DNA of 64,000 bases from Candidatus Polarisedimenticolaceae bacterium (GTDB lineage Bacteria > Acidobacteriota > Polarisedimenticolia > Polarisedimenticolales > Polarisedimenticolaceae). Within the stretch, counting starts at the first letter, position 1, and every line of letters begins with the position of its first letter. A model generated the notes under the pieces. The model did no database searches, was not told the origin of the DNA, and saw nothing but the letters and a program-made list of their open reading frames with translations. Of the stretch, positions 25,024 through 34,357 are shown piece after piece. The stretch covers positions 8,075 to 72,074 of the forward strand of contig JBFKMV010000001.1 of assembly GCA_041629655.1 (NCBI GenBank). Direction: 5' to 3'. A program made the position numbers and the translations under genes.

Positions 25024-25815
25024 TCAGAGCCACCCTTCCAGCATCGCGTCGTTCAGCCGGGCGGGGTGCCCGCGCCACACCACCTTGCCGTCCTTGACCA
25101 CCGCGGCGGCCGGGATGCCGCTGACCGCGAAGTACGAGGAGGCGTCGCCGTTCTCCTTCGCGATCGGGTAGCTGACGTTGTTGCTCTTGATGAACTCCAT
25201 CACCTTCTCCTCGGTGGAGCCCTTGGAGAGCTTGGTCAGGCCGACCATCTGGAGTCCCTGGTCCTTGAACTTGTTGTAGACCGCCTCGAGCTTCGGAACC
25301 TCGCGCTTGCAGTGCGGGCACCATTCCTCCCAGAACACCACCAGCGTGGCCTTCCCGCTGCCGAGATCGACCTCGTCACCCTGGAACCACTGCTCGACGC
25401 CCAGGCTGGCCGGCGTATCCTTGCCGATCACGCTCAGCTCGGCCTGCAGCCGCGACGCCCGGCGGGCGGAGTTGGTGTCGCCGTAGTCCTTCATCAGCGC
25501 GGCGAGCTCGGTCTTGGCCTCGAGGAACTTGCCGTCGGCCACGAGCTTGTTGACCTGGCCGTACTTCTGGCTGGCGAGCCGTTCCCGCTCCGCCTCGCTG
25601 CGGCCGGCGACCTCGATCTGCTTCTCCAGCGCCGCGAACTTCTCGTTCATCTGCTTGGACAGGTCGCCGAACCCCTTCTGGATCGCCTGTTCGAGCGCCG
25701 CCACACGCTGTTCGAGCCGGGCGATCTCGGCGTCCTTGGAGTCCTTGGGGGCCGCCCAGACCAGCGTCAGGGCGCCGGCGATCAGGACGACGGTCAGAAT
25801 GCGAGCGACGGACAT
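25024..25815 (-). CDS. TlpA/ResA-like thiol-disulfide oxidoreductase with an N-terminal anchor and coiled-coil
   Basis: Thioredoxin fold with a WCPHC active site. N-terminal TM segment MSVARILTVVLIAGALTLVWA. Confidence 0.8.
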   Translation of the reverse strand: MSVARILTVVLIAGALTLVWAAPKDSKDAEIARLEQRVAALEQAIQKGFGDLSKQMNEKFAALEKQIEVAGRSEAERERLASQKYGQVNKLVADGKFLEAKTELAALMKDYGDTNSARRASRLQAELSVIGKDTPASLGVEQWFQGDEVDLGSGKATLVVFWEEWCPHCKREVPKLEAVYNKFKDQGLQMVGLTKLSKGSTEEKVMEFIKSNNVSYPIAKENGDASSYFAVSGIPAAAVVKDGKVVWRGHPARLNDAMLEGWL

Positions 25816-25861
25816 GGGTGGTGCCTCCGTTCCTGAGCGGCCGTCACGCCGGACCGCGTTT

Positions 25862-26143
25862 TCAGCGCGGCGGGCGCGGGGGGGCCGACGTTTTCAGTGC
25901 GAGCGCGTGTATCTCCCTACCGAACATCCCGGCGAGAGCCTGGTTGACCGCCCGGTGCTGCTCGAGCAACGTGCGGCCCTCGAACTCCCGCGAAACCAGG
26001 GTCACGTGATAGTGGCCGCCACCGGAGGTCGCCCCGCGGTGTCCGACGTGCCGGTCGCTCTCGTCACGAAGCTCGAGCACGAGCGGATCGAACCGCTCGC
26101 GCAGGATGCGCTCGATCTTGCGCCGGGTTGCCTCCACCTTCAC
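25862..26143 (-). CDS. BolA-family protein
   Basis: RILRERFDPLVLELRDESDRHVGHRG...HYHVTLVSREFEG...QHRAVNQAL. The start is uncertain: a GTG at 26143 was chosen, because the upstream part of the 165-aa ORF is Arg/Pro-rich. Confidence 0.6.
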   Translation of the reverse strand: MKVEATRRKIERILRERFDPLVLELRDESDRHVGHRGATSGGGHYHVTLVSREFEGRTLLEQHRAVNQALAGMFGREIHALALKTSAPPRPPR

Positions 26144-26370
26144 GTTACCCAGGATCCCGGATACTGTACGCTCAGACCCGCCGGGCGTCCACCTCCGGCC
26201 TGCCGGCGCCGGCGGGCGTCGTCCGGCCAAGTCCCTGTCTGGTCTCGATTTCTGCGGCTGGTAGAATCTCCGGGTGCCCCCCGGCTCCCGGCTTGCCTGA
26301 AACACGTCCGGAGGCCTCGCGTATTCGGACCCGCGGGGACGCGGGCGGGCCCCGCTCACAGGAGTCGCTG

Positions 26371-28137
26371 ATGAAGAAGTTCGTGGTGGGTTCCCTGGCG
26401 GTGATCGGCGCCCTGGCGCTGCTCGCGTTGTTCTTCGTCGCCGGGTTCGGCCTGCTGTCCCAACTGGCCAAGCCGCGCGTCCCCGGCAAGACGATCCTCG
26501 AGGCCAACTTCGAGAGCGCGCTGGTCGAGCACGCTCCCGAAACGCCGTTCGGCGATCTGCTCGAGGATCCGCCGGCCACGCTGCGGGACGTGGTCGAGGC
26601 GCTCGAGCGGGCGTCCGACGACGACCGGGTGGTCGCGCTGGTGGCGCGCGTCGGCGCCGCCCCGATCGGGCTGGCCCAGCTCCAGGAGATCCGCGACGCC
26701 GTGCTGCGCTTTCGCGAGTCGGGCAAGCCCGCCGTTGCCTACGCCGAGACGTTCGGCGAGTTCGGACCCGGCAACGGCGCCTACTACCTGGCCAGCGCCT
26801 TCGACGAGATCTACCTGCAGCCGTCCGGCGACATCGGGCTGACGGGCTTCCGCTACGAGAGCATGTTCCTGCGCGGGACCCTGGACAAGCTCGGGGTCAA
26901 GCCGCGCATGGACCAGCGCCACGAATACAAGAACGCGATGAACAGCCTGACCGAGAAGCGCTACACGCCCGCGCACCGCCAGGCGATGCAGTCGCTGCTG
27001 GACTCCCGGTTCTCGCAGATGGTGCGCGGTCTCGCCGAGGCCCGCGGGGTCGAGGAGGCGGAGATCCGCCAGTTGATCGATCGCGGGCCGTTCCTGGGCC
27101 AGGAGGCGGTGGATGCGGGACTGGTCACCGGCCTCAAGTATCGCGACGAGGTCTACGCCCGGGTCAGGGAGCAGGCGGGCGAGCGCGCGCGCCTGCTGTA
27201 CCTGTCGAAGTACCTCCAGCGCGCGGGCCGGCCCCACCAGCGCGGCGACACGATCGCGCTGATCTACGGCGTCGGCGCGGTGGTGCGCGGCGCGAGCGGC
27301 TACGACCCGCTGGTCGGCGAGAGCGCCATGGGCGCCGACACGGTCAGCGCCGCGTTCCGCCAGGCGATCGACGACGAGCGGGTCAAGGCGATCGTGTTCC
27401 GCGTCGACAGCCCCGGCGGCTCCTACGTGGCTTCCGACACGATCTGGCGCGAGACGGTCCGCGCGCGCGAGGCCGGCAAGCCGGTGATCGTCTCGATGGG
27501 CGAGCTGGCCGCCTCGGGCGGTTACTTCGTGTCGATGTCGGCGGACAAGATCGTGGCCCAGCCGGCCACGATCACCGGATCGATCGGCGTCTACGGCGGC
27601 AAGCTGCTGACCGCCGAGATGTGGGGCAAGATCGGGCTGAGCTACGACGGGGTGGCGTCGAGCCGCAACGCCTCGATGTGGTCGAGCCAGACCGACTACG
27701 GCCCGGACGAGTACCGGCGCTTCCAGGCCTTCCTGGACCGGGTCTACGAGGACTTCACGACCAAGGTGGCCGAGGGCCGAGGTCTGGAGCGCGACACGGT
27801 GCTCGAGATCGCCCGCGGCCGGGTCTGGACCGGCGAGCAGGCCCTGGAGCTGGGGCTGGTCGACGAGCTGGGAGGCTTCCCGGTCGCGATCCGCCTGGCC
27901 AGGGAGGCCGCCGGCATCGACCCCGAAGCGCGGATCCGGCTCAAGCTGCTGCCGCGGCCGCGCTCGACCTGGGAGCAGCTGTTCGGGGAGAAGCCGGACA
28001 GCAGCGAGGGTCGCAGCTTTGCCGCGCTGGGCCGGATGGTCCGTACGCTGCGACCGCTGGTCCGGGCCCTGGACGCCGCCACGCGGGACCCCGGCGCCGA
28101 CGTGCTGCGGTGGCCGGAAGCCGATCTGGCCGAGTGA
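26371..28137 (+). CDS. sppA: Signal peptide peptidase SppA, 67K (two-domain) type
   Basis: N-terminal TM segment and a duplicated ClpP/crotonase-like S49 domain (GELAASGGYFVSMSADKIVAQPATITGSIGV). Confidence 0.85.
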   Translation: MKKFVVGSLAVIGALALLALFFVAGFGLLSQLAKPRVPGKTILEANFESALVEHAPETPFGDLLEDPPATLRDVVEALERASDDDRVVALVARVGAAPIGLAQLQEIRDAVLRFRESGKPAVAYAETFGEFGPGNGAYYLASAFDEIYLQPSGDIGLTGFRYESMFLRGTLDKLGVKPRMDQRHEYKNAMNSLTEKRYTPAHRQAMQSLLDSRFSQMVRGLAEARGVEEAEIRQLIDRGPFLGQEAVDAGLVTGLKYRDEVYARVREQAGERARLLYLSKYLQRAGRPHQRGDTIALIYGVGAVVRGASGYDPLVGESAMGADTVSAAFRQAIDDERVKAIVFRVDSPGGSYVASDTIWRETVRAREAGKPVIVSMGELAASGGYFVSMSADKIVAQPATITGSIGVYGGKLLTAEMWGKIGLSYDGVASSRNASMWSSQTDYGPDEYRRFQAFLDRVYEDFTTKVAEGRGLERDTVLEIARGRVWTGEQALELGLVDELGGFPVAIRLAREAAGIDPEARIRLKLLPRPRSTWEQLFGEKPDSSEGRSFAALGRMVRTLRPLVRALDAATRDPGADVLRWPEADLAE

Positions 28138-28329
28138 CGCCGGCCCGCGCGTTTTGCGGCTGCCGCGTCCGCTAGATCTCCCCGGGAGGCCTTCCCGCCG
28201 CCCGCGCGCGGACGTACATTTTCCCCGTCGAGGATGCGGTCCGGCACCGCTTCCCCGCTTGCGAATGCCGGATCGAGGGGAGCCTGAGCTGGCGGCGGTT
28301 CCCCCCCCGCCGCCACCAAGAGGCCCACG

Positions 28330-28372
28330 GCCGGTGCGGGTCGCGCGACGCGAACCGCACCGGCTTTTTTTT
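28330..28372 (+). terminator. Intrinsic terminator
   Basis: 10-bp stem GCCGGTGCGG/CCGCACCGGC followed by eight T. It lies about 190 nt after the sppA stop and directly abuts the stop of the convergent gene. Confidence 0.6.
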
Positions 28373-28374
28373 GT

Positions 28375-29571
28375 TCAGTCGCGGTACAGCAGGAAGCGCT
28401 CGCGCAGCGCGCGGAACTGCTCGAGGCCGGGGCGCCACGTTGCTTCCAGCTCGTCGAGCGGAGCGCGCCCCTCCAGCATCTCGCGCAGCCCGCGCCGACC
28501 GAGCAGCAGGTCGATCGCGAGCCGCTCGGTCTCGAACTCGTACGCCTCGCGTCGCCAGTCGAACGCGTCGCGGTCGTGCCGCAACGCTTCCCGCAGCAGC
28601 GTGAGGTAGGTCGCGAAGGGCCGGAACGCCTCGCGACCGGCCGGGATGACCTGGACCCCGTGACAGACCCGGCCGCGGTGCTTCTGGAACATCGGCCGGA
28701 AGCTCGCCGCGCGGAACGCGGCGCCGGGCGGCGCCGCGGCGCGCAGCGCCTCGGTCAGCTCGCGGGGCCGGATCCAGGGTGCCCCGACCAGCTCGAACGG
28801 CACCGTCGTGCCCCGGCCCTCGGAGAGGTTGGTGCCCTCGACCAGGCATCCGCCGGGGTAGACCAGCGCCGTCGCCGGGGACGGCATGTTGGGTGACGGC
28901 GGCACCCAGGGCAGGCCCGTCTCGCCGAAGTGCATCGCGCGGCGCCAGCCGGTCATCGGCACCACGCGCAGGTCGCACCGTGCGCCGAACTCCGCGGCGA
29001 ACAGCCGGACCAGCTCGCCGACCGTCATCGCGTGGCGGACCGGCAGCGGGTACCAGCCGACGAACGAGGCCAGCTCCGGCTCCAGCACCGGGCCCTCGAC
29101 GGCCAACCCGCCGATCGGGTTCGGCCGGTCCAGCACCACCACCGGAAGCCCGGCCTCGCGGCACGCCTCCATCACGAACGCGATCGTGTACACGAAGGTG
29201 TAGTAGCGGGAGCCGACGTCCTGGAGGTCGCACAGCACCGCGTCGAGGCCCTCCAGGTGCTCGGGCCGCGGGCGCAGCGACGCGGCGTCGTGGCCGTACA
29301 GGCTGAACACCGGCAGCCCCGAGACCGCGTCCGCGCCGTGATCGACGGCCTCCATGTCCTGGGCCTCGCCGAACAGCCCGTGCTCGGGGGCCAGCAACCG
29401 GACCAGGCGGAGCCGCGGGTCGGCGACCAGGCGCTCGACGGCGTGATGCGCCCGGCGATCCACCGAGGCCGGATGGGCCAGCAGCGCGACCCGTGCGCCC
29501 GCGCGGAGACCGGCCAGCTCGGGACCGGCTTCGAGCAGCCGGTCGAGCCCGGTCCGGACCTTTCCGCTCAC
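28375..29571 (-). CDS. DUF1343 / NamZ-like exo-beta-N-acetylmuramidase family protein
   Basis: The 398-aa ORF shows the DUF1343 pattern (RVALLAHPASV, PEHG, DLQDVGSRYYTF, VVLDRPNP). Confidence 0.7.
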   Translation of the reverse strand: MSGKVRTGLDRLLEAGPELAGLRAGARVALLAHPASVDRRAHHAVERLVADPRLRLVRLLAPEHGLFGEAQDMEAVDHGADAVSGLPVFSLYGHDAASLRPRPEHLEGLDAVLCDLQDVGSRYYTFVYTIAFVMEACREAGLPVVVLDRPNPIGGLAVEGPVLEPELASFVGWYPLPVRHAMTVGELVRLFAAEFGARCDLRVVPMTGWRRAMHFGETGLPWVPPSPNMPSPATALVYPGGCLVEGTNLSEGRGTTVPFELVGAPWIRPRELTEALRAAAPPGAAFRAASFRPMFQKHRGRVCHGVQVIPAGREAFRPFATYLTLLREALRHDRDAFDWRREAYEFETERLAIDLLLGRRGLREMLEGRAPLDELEATWRPGLEQFRALRERFLLYRD

Positions 29572-29690
29572 CGGCCGGCCCCGCGTCGGCGGGCCGGGTC
29601 GTCCGCCCTCGGCAGCATCGAAACCTCCGGTCGGCGGCCGGTTACCCGGGCCACGGGCATCCGACGCCGACCGGCCGTATTGTAAATGCG

Positions 29691-31379
29691 ATGAGAGCCG
29701 AGCCCGCCCATCCGATCCGCCGGGTTCTCGTCCCGGCGATCCTGCTGGTGGCGTCGACCGCCGCCAGGGCCTCGTCCGAGTCGGCGGACGCCGAGGTCCC
29801 CGCGGCGCCCGCGCCCGAGGTCGCGGCCCGCGCCGCCGTCCCGGGCGACGCCGTGCTCGAGGCCAACGGCGCCGTGATCGGCGAGATCCTGATCCGCAGC
29901 GGCAACATCTTCGACCCCGAGCAGCCCGGCGAGGACAACCGGCTGTTCCGCGCGGCCAACCGCCTGCACCGCACCACGCGCCAGGGAGTGATCCGGCGCC
30001 TGCTGTTGTTCCGCAGCGGCGACCTGTTCTCGCGCCGGGTGCTCCAGGAATCGGAGCGGATCCTGCGCTCGACCAGCTACCTCTACGACGCCAGCATCGA
30101 GCCGGTGCGTTACGAGGACAACACGGTCGACGTCGAGGTCGTGACCCGGGACGTCTGGACGCTCCGCGTCGGGGTGGGCTTTTCGCGCAGCGGCGGCGAG
30201 AACTCGACGCGCTTCGGGGTCAAGGACTCCAATTTCCTGGGCACGGGCAAGGAGGTGCTGGTCCGGCGGACCTCCGACGTGGACCGCAGCTCCCTGACCT
30301 ACCGGTTCCGCGACCCCAACATCCGCGGTCATCGCGTCGAGCTGTTCCTGCAGTACTCCGACAACACCGACGGCAACACCAAGCAGTTCGGCCTGGGGCG
30401 GCCGTTCTACGCGCTCGACGCCCGCTGGGGCAGCGAGCTGGGCCTCGAGCAGGACGACCGCGTGGAGCCGCTCTACGACCGTGGCGAGATCTTCGACGAG
30501 TTCCGCCACCGCCGCGAGCACTATTCGTGGTACTACGGCGGCTCGGCGGGGCACGCCGGCCGGACGACGCGGCGCTGGAAGGCCGGGCTGGGATACCAAC
30601 GCGATCGCTACGCCGAGATTCCGGGGCGGACGATCGAGCCGCTCCCGCCGCCTCGCGAGCTGGTCTATCCGTGGCTCGGCGTGGAGTGGATCAAGGACGG
30701 TTTCATCGAGGCGCACGACCTGGACCGGATCCAGCGCACCGAGGATCTCAACCTCGGCCAGGAGCTGCGCGGCTGGGTCGGCTGGTCGACGACGACGCTG
30801 GGCGCCGACCGCGACCGCGCCCTGTTCGGCGTGTCGTATGCCGTCGGCGCCAGCCCGGCCGAGGGGCAGATCGTGCGGGGGCGGCTGCACGCCTCGGGCC
30901 GCTTCGCCGGCGGCCGCGGCGAGAACCTGCGCGTCGGCGGATCGGTGCAGTACTACCTGCGCGATTTCGGCCGGCACGTGTTCTTCGTCGAGGCCGGGGC
31001 CGACGCGGTGCGGCGGCTCGACCGCGAGAACCAGCTGCTGCTCGGCGGCGACACCGGCCTGCGCGGCTTTCCGCTCCGTTTCCTGCCCGGAGACCGCCGC
31101 CTGCTGCTCACGCTCGAGCAACGGTTCTACACCGACTGGCACGTGTTCCGGCTGCTGCACGTGGGCGCCGCGGTGTTCTTCGACGCCGGCCGCTCGTGGT
31201 TTGCCGGATCGCCGGACGGCGATGACCGGGTCTACAAGGATGTCGGCTTCGGCCTGCGGATCGGTTCCAGCCGCTCGGCGTCGGCGGCGATGGTGCATGT
31301 CGACGTGGCATTTCCGCTCAACGGCGACCGCTCGATCGAAAAGACGCAATTCCTGGTCACCACGCGCGAAACGTTCTAG
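29691..31379 (+). CDS. BamA/TamA-family (surface antigen D15) outer-membrane protein
   Basis: Signal peptide, a POTRA-like N-terminus, a beta-barrel with GGDTGLRGF and VHVDVAFPL motifs, and a terminal F. Confidence 0.7.
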   Translation: MRAEPAHPIRRVLVPAILLVASTAARASSESADAEVPAAPAPEVAARAAVPGDAVLEANGAVIGEILIRSGNIFDPEQPGEDNRLFRAANRLHRTTRQGVIRRLLLFRSGDLFSRRVLQESERILRSTSYLYDASIEPVRYEDNTVDVEVVTRDVWTLRVGVGFSRSGGENSTRFGVKDSNFLGTGKEVLVRRTSDVDRSSLTYRFRDPNIRGHRVELFLQYSDNTDGNTKQFGLGRPFYALDARWGSELGLEQDDRVEPLYDRGEIFDEFRHRREHYSWYYGGSAGHAGRTTRRWKAGLGYQRDRYAEIPGRTIEPLPPPRELVYPWLGVEWIKDGFIEAHDLDRIQRTEDLNLGQELRGWVGWSTTTLGADRDRALFGVSYAVGASPAEGQIVRGRLHASGRFAGGRGENLRVGGSVQYYLRDFGRHVFFVEAGADAVRRLDRENQLLLGGDTGLRGFPLRFLPGDRRLLLTLEQRFYTDWHVFRLLHVGAAVFFDAGRSWFAGSPDGDDRVYKDVGFGLRIGSSRSASAAMVHVDVAFPLNGDRSIEKTQFLVTTRETF

Positions 31380-31390
31380 GCTGGCACCCG

Positions 31391-31960
31391 ATGGTCTACA
31401 TCTGCCTCGACTGCGAGGCCTCCGGGCCGCTTCCGCCGCTGTACAACCTGTTGTCCATCGGGGCGACGGTGGTGCGTCCGCAGAGCAACCACCACGTGCT
31501 GGGCAACTCGTTCTACGTCGAGCTGAAGCCGGTCTTCGCGGGGTTCGACCGCGCGGCGATGGCCGTGTGCGGGCTGGATGCGGAGCGCCTGCGGCGCGAG
31601 GGCGAGGAGCCGGTCGAGGCGATGCGGCGGCTGACCGAGTGGGTGCGCCGCGAGAACTCCGGATCCGCCGAGACGCCGGTGTTCGTCGGGCACAACGCGG
31701 TCTTCGACTGGGCCTACATCGCTTACTACTACGCGCACTTCAAGCTCGACAATCCCTTCGGGTACAAGGGCATCGACACCAAGAGCCTGGCGATGGGCGT
31801 GCTGCGCGTTCCGTGGACGGCGACCTCGAAGGAGTCGCTGGCCGAGCTGCTGGCGCTGCCGCCGCAGGACCCGGCGCGCGTGCACCGCGCCGACTACGAC
31901 GCGTACTATCAGGCCATGATCCTGAAGGCGTTGCTGGACCGGCCCGCCTCCTCCGCGTGA
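31391..31960 (+). CDS. DEDDh 3'-5' exonuclease domain protein
   Basis: LDCEASG (Exo I), GHNAVFDW (Exo II) and HRADYDA (Exo III). Confidence 0.7.
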   Translation: MVYICLDCEASGPLPPLYNLLSIGATVVRPQSNHHVLGNSFYVELKPVFAGFDRAAMAVCGLDAERLRREGEEPVEAMRRLTEWVRRENSGSAETPVFVGHNAVFDWAYIAYYYAHFKLDNPFGYKGIDTKSLAMGVLRVPWTATSKESLAELLALPPQDPARVHRADYDAYYQAMILKALLDRPASSA

Positions 31961-31975
31961 GGCGGCGGCTGTGGC

Positions 31976-32004
31976 TTGACAGCCCCCCACGGCGGCGTTA
32001 GTCT
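31976..32004 (+). promoter_or_regulatory. Sigma-70 promoter candidate
   Basis: TTGACA-N17-TAGTCT, 60 nt upstream of the gamma-carbonic-anhydrase-like gene. Confidence 0.3.
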
Positions 32005-32063
32005 GGTCGGCTTTTTCAGTCCGATCGCCCCGGTTGCGTTCGGTTCGTCATCTCGGAGCAAGC

Positions 32064-32651
32064 ATGGCCACGCGCGGCACGCAACCCGGCAGGCCCGACG
32101 ATGCGGGTCGTCCCTACGCCACCCGACTCTCGCTCGACGAGTCGAGCTGGGTGGCGCCGAACGCCGTGCTGGTCGGGCGGGTCAGCCTGGGACCGCACGC
32201 ATCGGTGTGGTACGGCTGCGTGCTGCGCGGAGACCTCGAGCCGATCGAAGTCGGCGAAGCGACCAACGTCCAGGACCTCTCCACGCTCCACGTCGACGAG
32301 GGATGTCCGGTGCGGATCGGGCGGCGGGTCACGATCGGGCACCGCGCGGTGATCCACGGCTGCGTGGTCGAGGACCAGGCCGTGATCGGCATGGGGGCGG
32401 TCGTGTTGAGCGGCGCGCGGGTCGAGCGCGGAGCGCTGGTGGCGGCCGGCGCGGTGGTGCGCGAGGGGTTCACGGTGCCGGCCGGCGCCATCGCGGCCGG
32501 CGTGCCGGCCCGCGTGATCGGCAAGGTCGGCGAGAAGCTCGGGCAGCGCTTCGGCGACGGGGTCGACACCTACATCGCCAGCGCGCGGGCCTACCGTGAG
32601 GGTCGCGCCGGCGCGGGGCCGTACGGCGGCCCCCGCGGGGTCGAGCCGTGA
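32064..32651 (+). CDS. Gamma-class carbonic anhydrase / hexapeptide-repeat transferase family protein
   Basis: Left-handed beta-helix repeats: VWYGCVLRGD..., STLHVD..., IGHRAVIHGC and IGMGAVVL. Confidence 0.8.
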   Translation: MATRGTQPGRPDDAGRPYATRLSLDESSWVAPNAVLVGRVSLGPHASVWYGCVLRGDLEPIEVGEATNVQDLSTLHVDEGCPVRIGRRVTIGHRAVIHGCVVEDQAVIGMGAVVLSGARVERGALVAAGAVVREGFTVPAGAIAAGVPARVIGKVGEKLGQRFGDGVDTYIASARAYREGRAGAGPYGGPRGVEP

Positions 32652-33655
32652 TCGGGCCCGAGGGTCACGCGTTGTTCCGCCGGCTGCTCGGGCAGCGCGG
32701 ACCGTTCGTGCTGACGACGCACATCAACCCCGACGGGGACGCGATCGGCTCGATGATCGGGCTGGCGTGGTTCCTGCGCTCGCGGGGCGCCGCCGTGCGG
32801 ATGATCGCGCAGGATGCGGCTCCGCCCAACCTGAAGTTCCTCGAGAACGCCGACCTGGCGTCGGAGGCCTACGAGCCCGCGCAGCACGACGCGCCGCTGG
32901 CCGCGGCCGAGCGGGTGATCCTGCTCGACAACTCCGCGCCCGACCGGCTGGGGCGCATGGAGCAGCCGCTGCTGGGCGTGGCGTCCAAGACGCTCTGCAT
33001 CGACCACCATCCCACCCGCGGCACGCCGTGGGCCGAGAACATCCTCGACCGCTCGGCCTGCGCCACCGCGGCGATGGTCCACGAGCTGCTGGCCGAGGTG
33101 GGCTGGCAACCGGACCTGCCGGCGGCTCGGGCGCTGTACGTCGGGATCGCGACCGACACGGGCTTCTTCCGCTTCAACTCCACCAACGCGCAGGGCCATG
33201 CCATCGCGGCGCAGCTGCTGCAGCTGGGGGTCGAGCCGGCCCGCTGCTACCAGGAGATCTACGAGCGCAACTCGGTCGCCTACACGCGCCTGCTGGGGCG
33301 GGCGCTGGCCGACCTGCGCACGACGGACGACGGCTCGGTCGTGGCGGTGCGGATCACGCACGCGATGATCGACTCGTGCGGAGCACGCGGGGTCGACACC
33401 TCCGAGATGACGACGCCGTTGCTCGCGCTGGACGGCGTGTGGATCGCCTTGTTGTTTCGCGAGCTGCCGGGTCGGCGGGTCAAGGTCTCGCTGCGTTCCA
33501 AGGGCGACACGGACGTCCACCAGCTGGCGCTCGAGTTCGGCGGCGGCGGCCATCGCAACGCGTCCGGAATCGTGACCGACGGCAAGCTGGACGACGTGAT
33601 GCAGGAGGTCATGCGACGCGCCGCCGCGCTGGTCGCGGCCCGCCGCGGGGAGTGA
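32648..33655 (+). CDS. nrnA: DHH/DHHA1 phosphoesterase (NrnA-type oligoribonuclease/pAp phosphatase)
   Basis: THINPDGDAIGS, IDHHP and GGGHRNASG motifs. The GTG start overlaps the preceding stop (GTGA). Confidence 0.75.
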   Translation: MIGPEGHALFRRLLGQRGPFVLTTHINPDGDAIGSMIGLAWFLRSRGAAVRMIAQDAAPPNLKFLENADLASEAYEPAQHDAPLAAAERVILLDNSAPDRLGRMEQPLLGVASKTLCIDHHPTRGTPWAENILDRSACATAAMVHELLAEVGWQPDLPAARALYVGIATDTGFFRFNSTNAQGHAIAAQLLQLGVEPARCYQEIYERNSVAYTRLLGRALADLRTTDDGSVVAVRITHAMIDSCGARGVDTSEMTTPLLALDGVWIALLFRELPGRRVKVSLRSKGDTDVHQLALEFGGGGHRNASGIVTDGKLDDVMQEVMRRAAALVAARRGE

Positions 33656-33658
33656 TCG

Positions 33659-33904
33659 ATGAAGCTGCGCGTGCGCTTCTTCGCCTCGCTGACCGATCTG
33701 ACGGGTACGGTCAGCGAGGAGATCGAGATCGCCGAAGGCGCCGACGTCGCCCAGCTGTGGACGGCCCTGGCCGAGCGGCACGCCGGCCTGCGGGGCATGG
33801 ACTACCGGCCGATGGTCGCCTGCGACCGGGTCTACGCCAGCTGGAGCACTCCGCTGGCCGGAGTCGCCGAGGTGGCGTTCCTGCCGCCGGTCAGCGGCGG
33901 GTGA
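33659..33904 (+). CDS. moaD: MoaD/ThiS-family sulfur carrier
   Basis: 81 aa with a C-terminal GG, immediately upstream of moaE. Confidence 0.75.
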   Translation: MKLRVRFFASLTDLTGTVSEEIEIAEGADVAQLWTALAERHAGLRGMDYRPMVACDRVYASWSTPLAGVAEVAFLPPVSGG

Positions 33905-33915
33905 GGCGGCCGGCG

Positions 33916-34347
33916 ATGATCCGGCTGCAAACCGCACCGATCGAGACCGCCGAGCTGATCGCGGCCGTGCGCGGCGACGGCGACGGCGCGGTGGCGCTGT
34001 TCCTGGGCACGGTGCGGAACCTCAACCGCGAGCGCCGCGTGCTGTATCTCGAGTACCAGTCGTACGAGGGCATGGCCGAATCCGAGCTGGAGCGGATCGT
34101 GCACGAGGCGACCGGCAAGTTCACGATCTCGCGCGTCGCCGTGATCCACCGCACGGGACGGGTCGAGATCGGCGAGGCCTCGGTGGGCATCGCGGTCAGC
34201 GCGCCCCACCGCGCTCCGGCGCTCGAGGCCTGCCGGTTCGTGATCGACACCCTCAAGCGCACGGTGCCGATCTGGAAGCGCGAGCACTTCGAGGGCGGCG
34301 CGGTGTGGATCGAGGGGCCGGAGGGTCCGCCGCCGCCCGGTTCGTGA
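33916..34347 (+). CDS. moaE: Molybdopterin synthase catalytic subunit MoaE
   Basis: GAVALFLGTVRN...LEYQSYEGMAE...IWKREHF. The start was located inside the long out-of-context ORF 32596-34347. Confidence 0.8.
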   Translation: MIRLQTAPIETAELIAAVRGDGDGAVALFLGTVRNLNRERRVLYLEYQSYEGMAESELERIVHEATGKFTISRVAVIHRTGRVEIGEASVGIAVSAPHRAPALEACRFVIDTLKRTVPIWKREHFEGGAVWIEGPEGPPPPGS

Positions 34348-34357
34348 GCGCCCGCGG

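Noticed and set aside
25862-26359. Full 165-aa version of the BolA ORF
   Set aside because: The first 72 codons are Arg/Pro-rich with no BolA similarity and would abut the start of the divergent sppA gene, leaving no promoter space. A shorter GTG-initiated protein of typical BolA length is more plausible, although the exact start is unproven.
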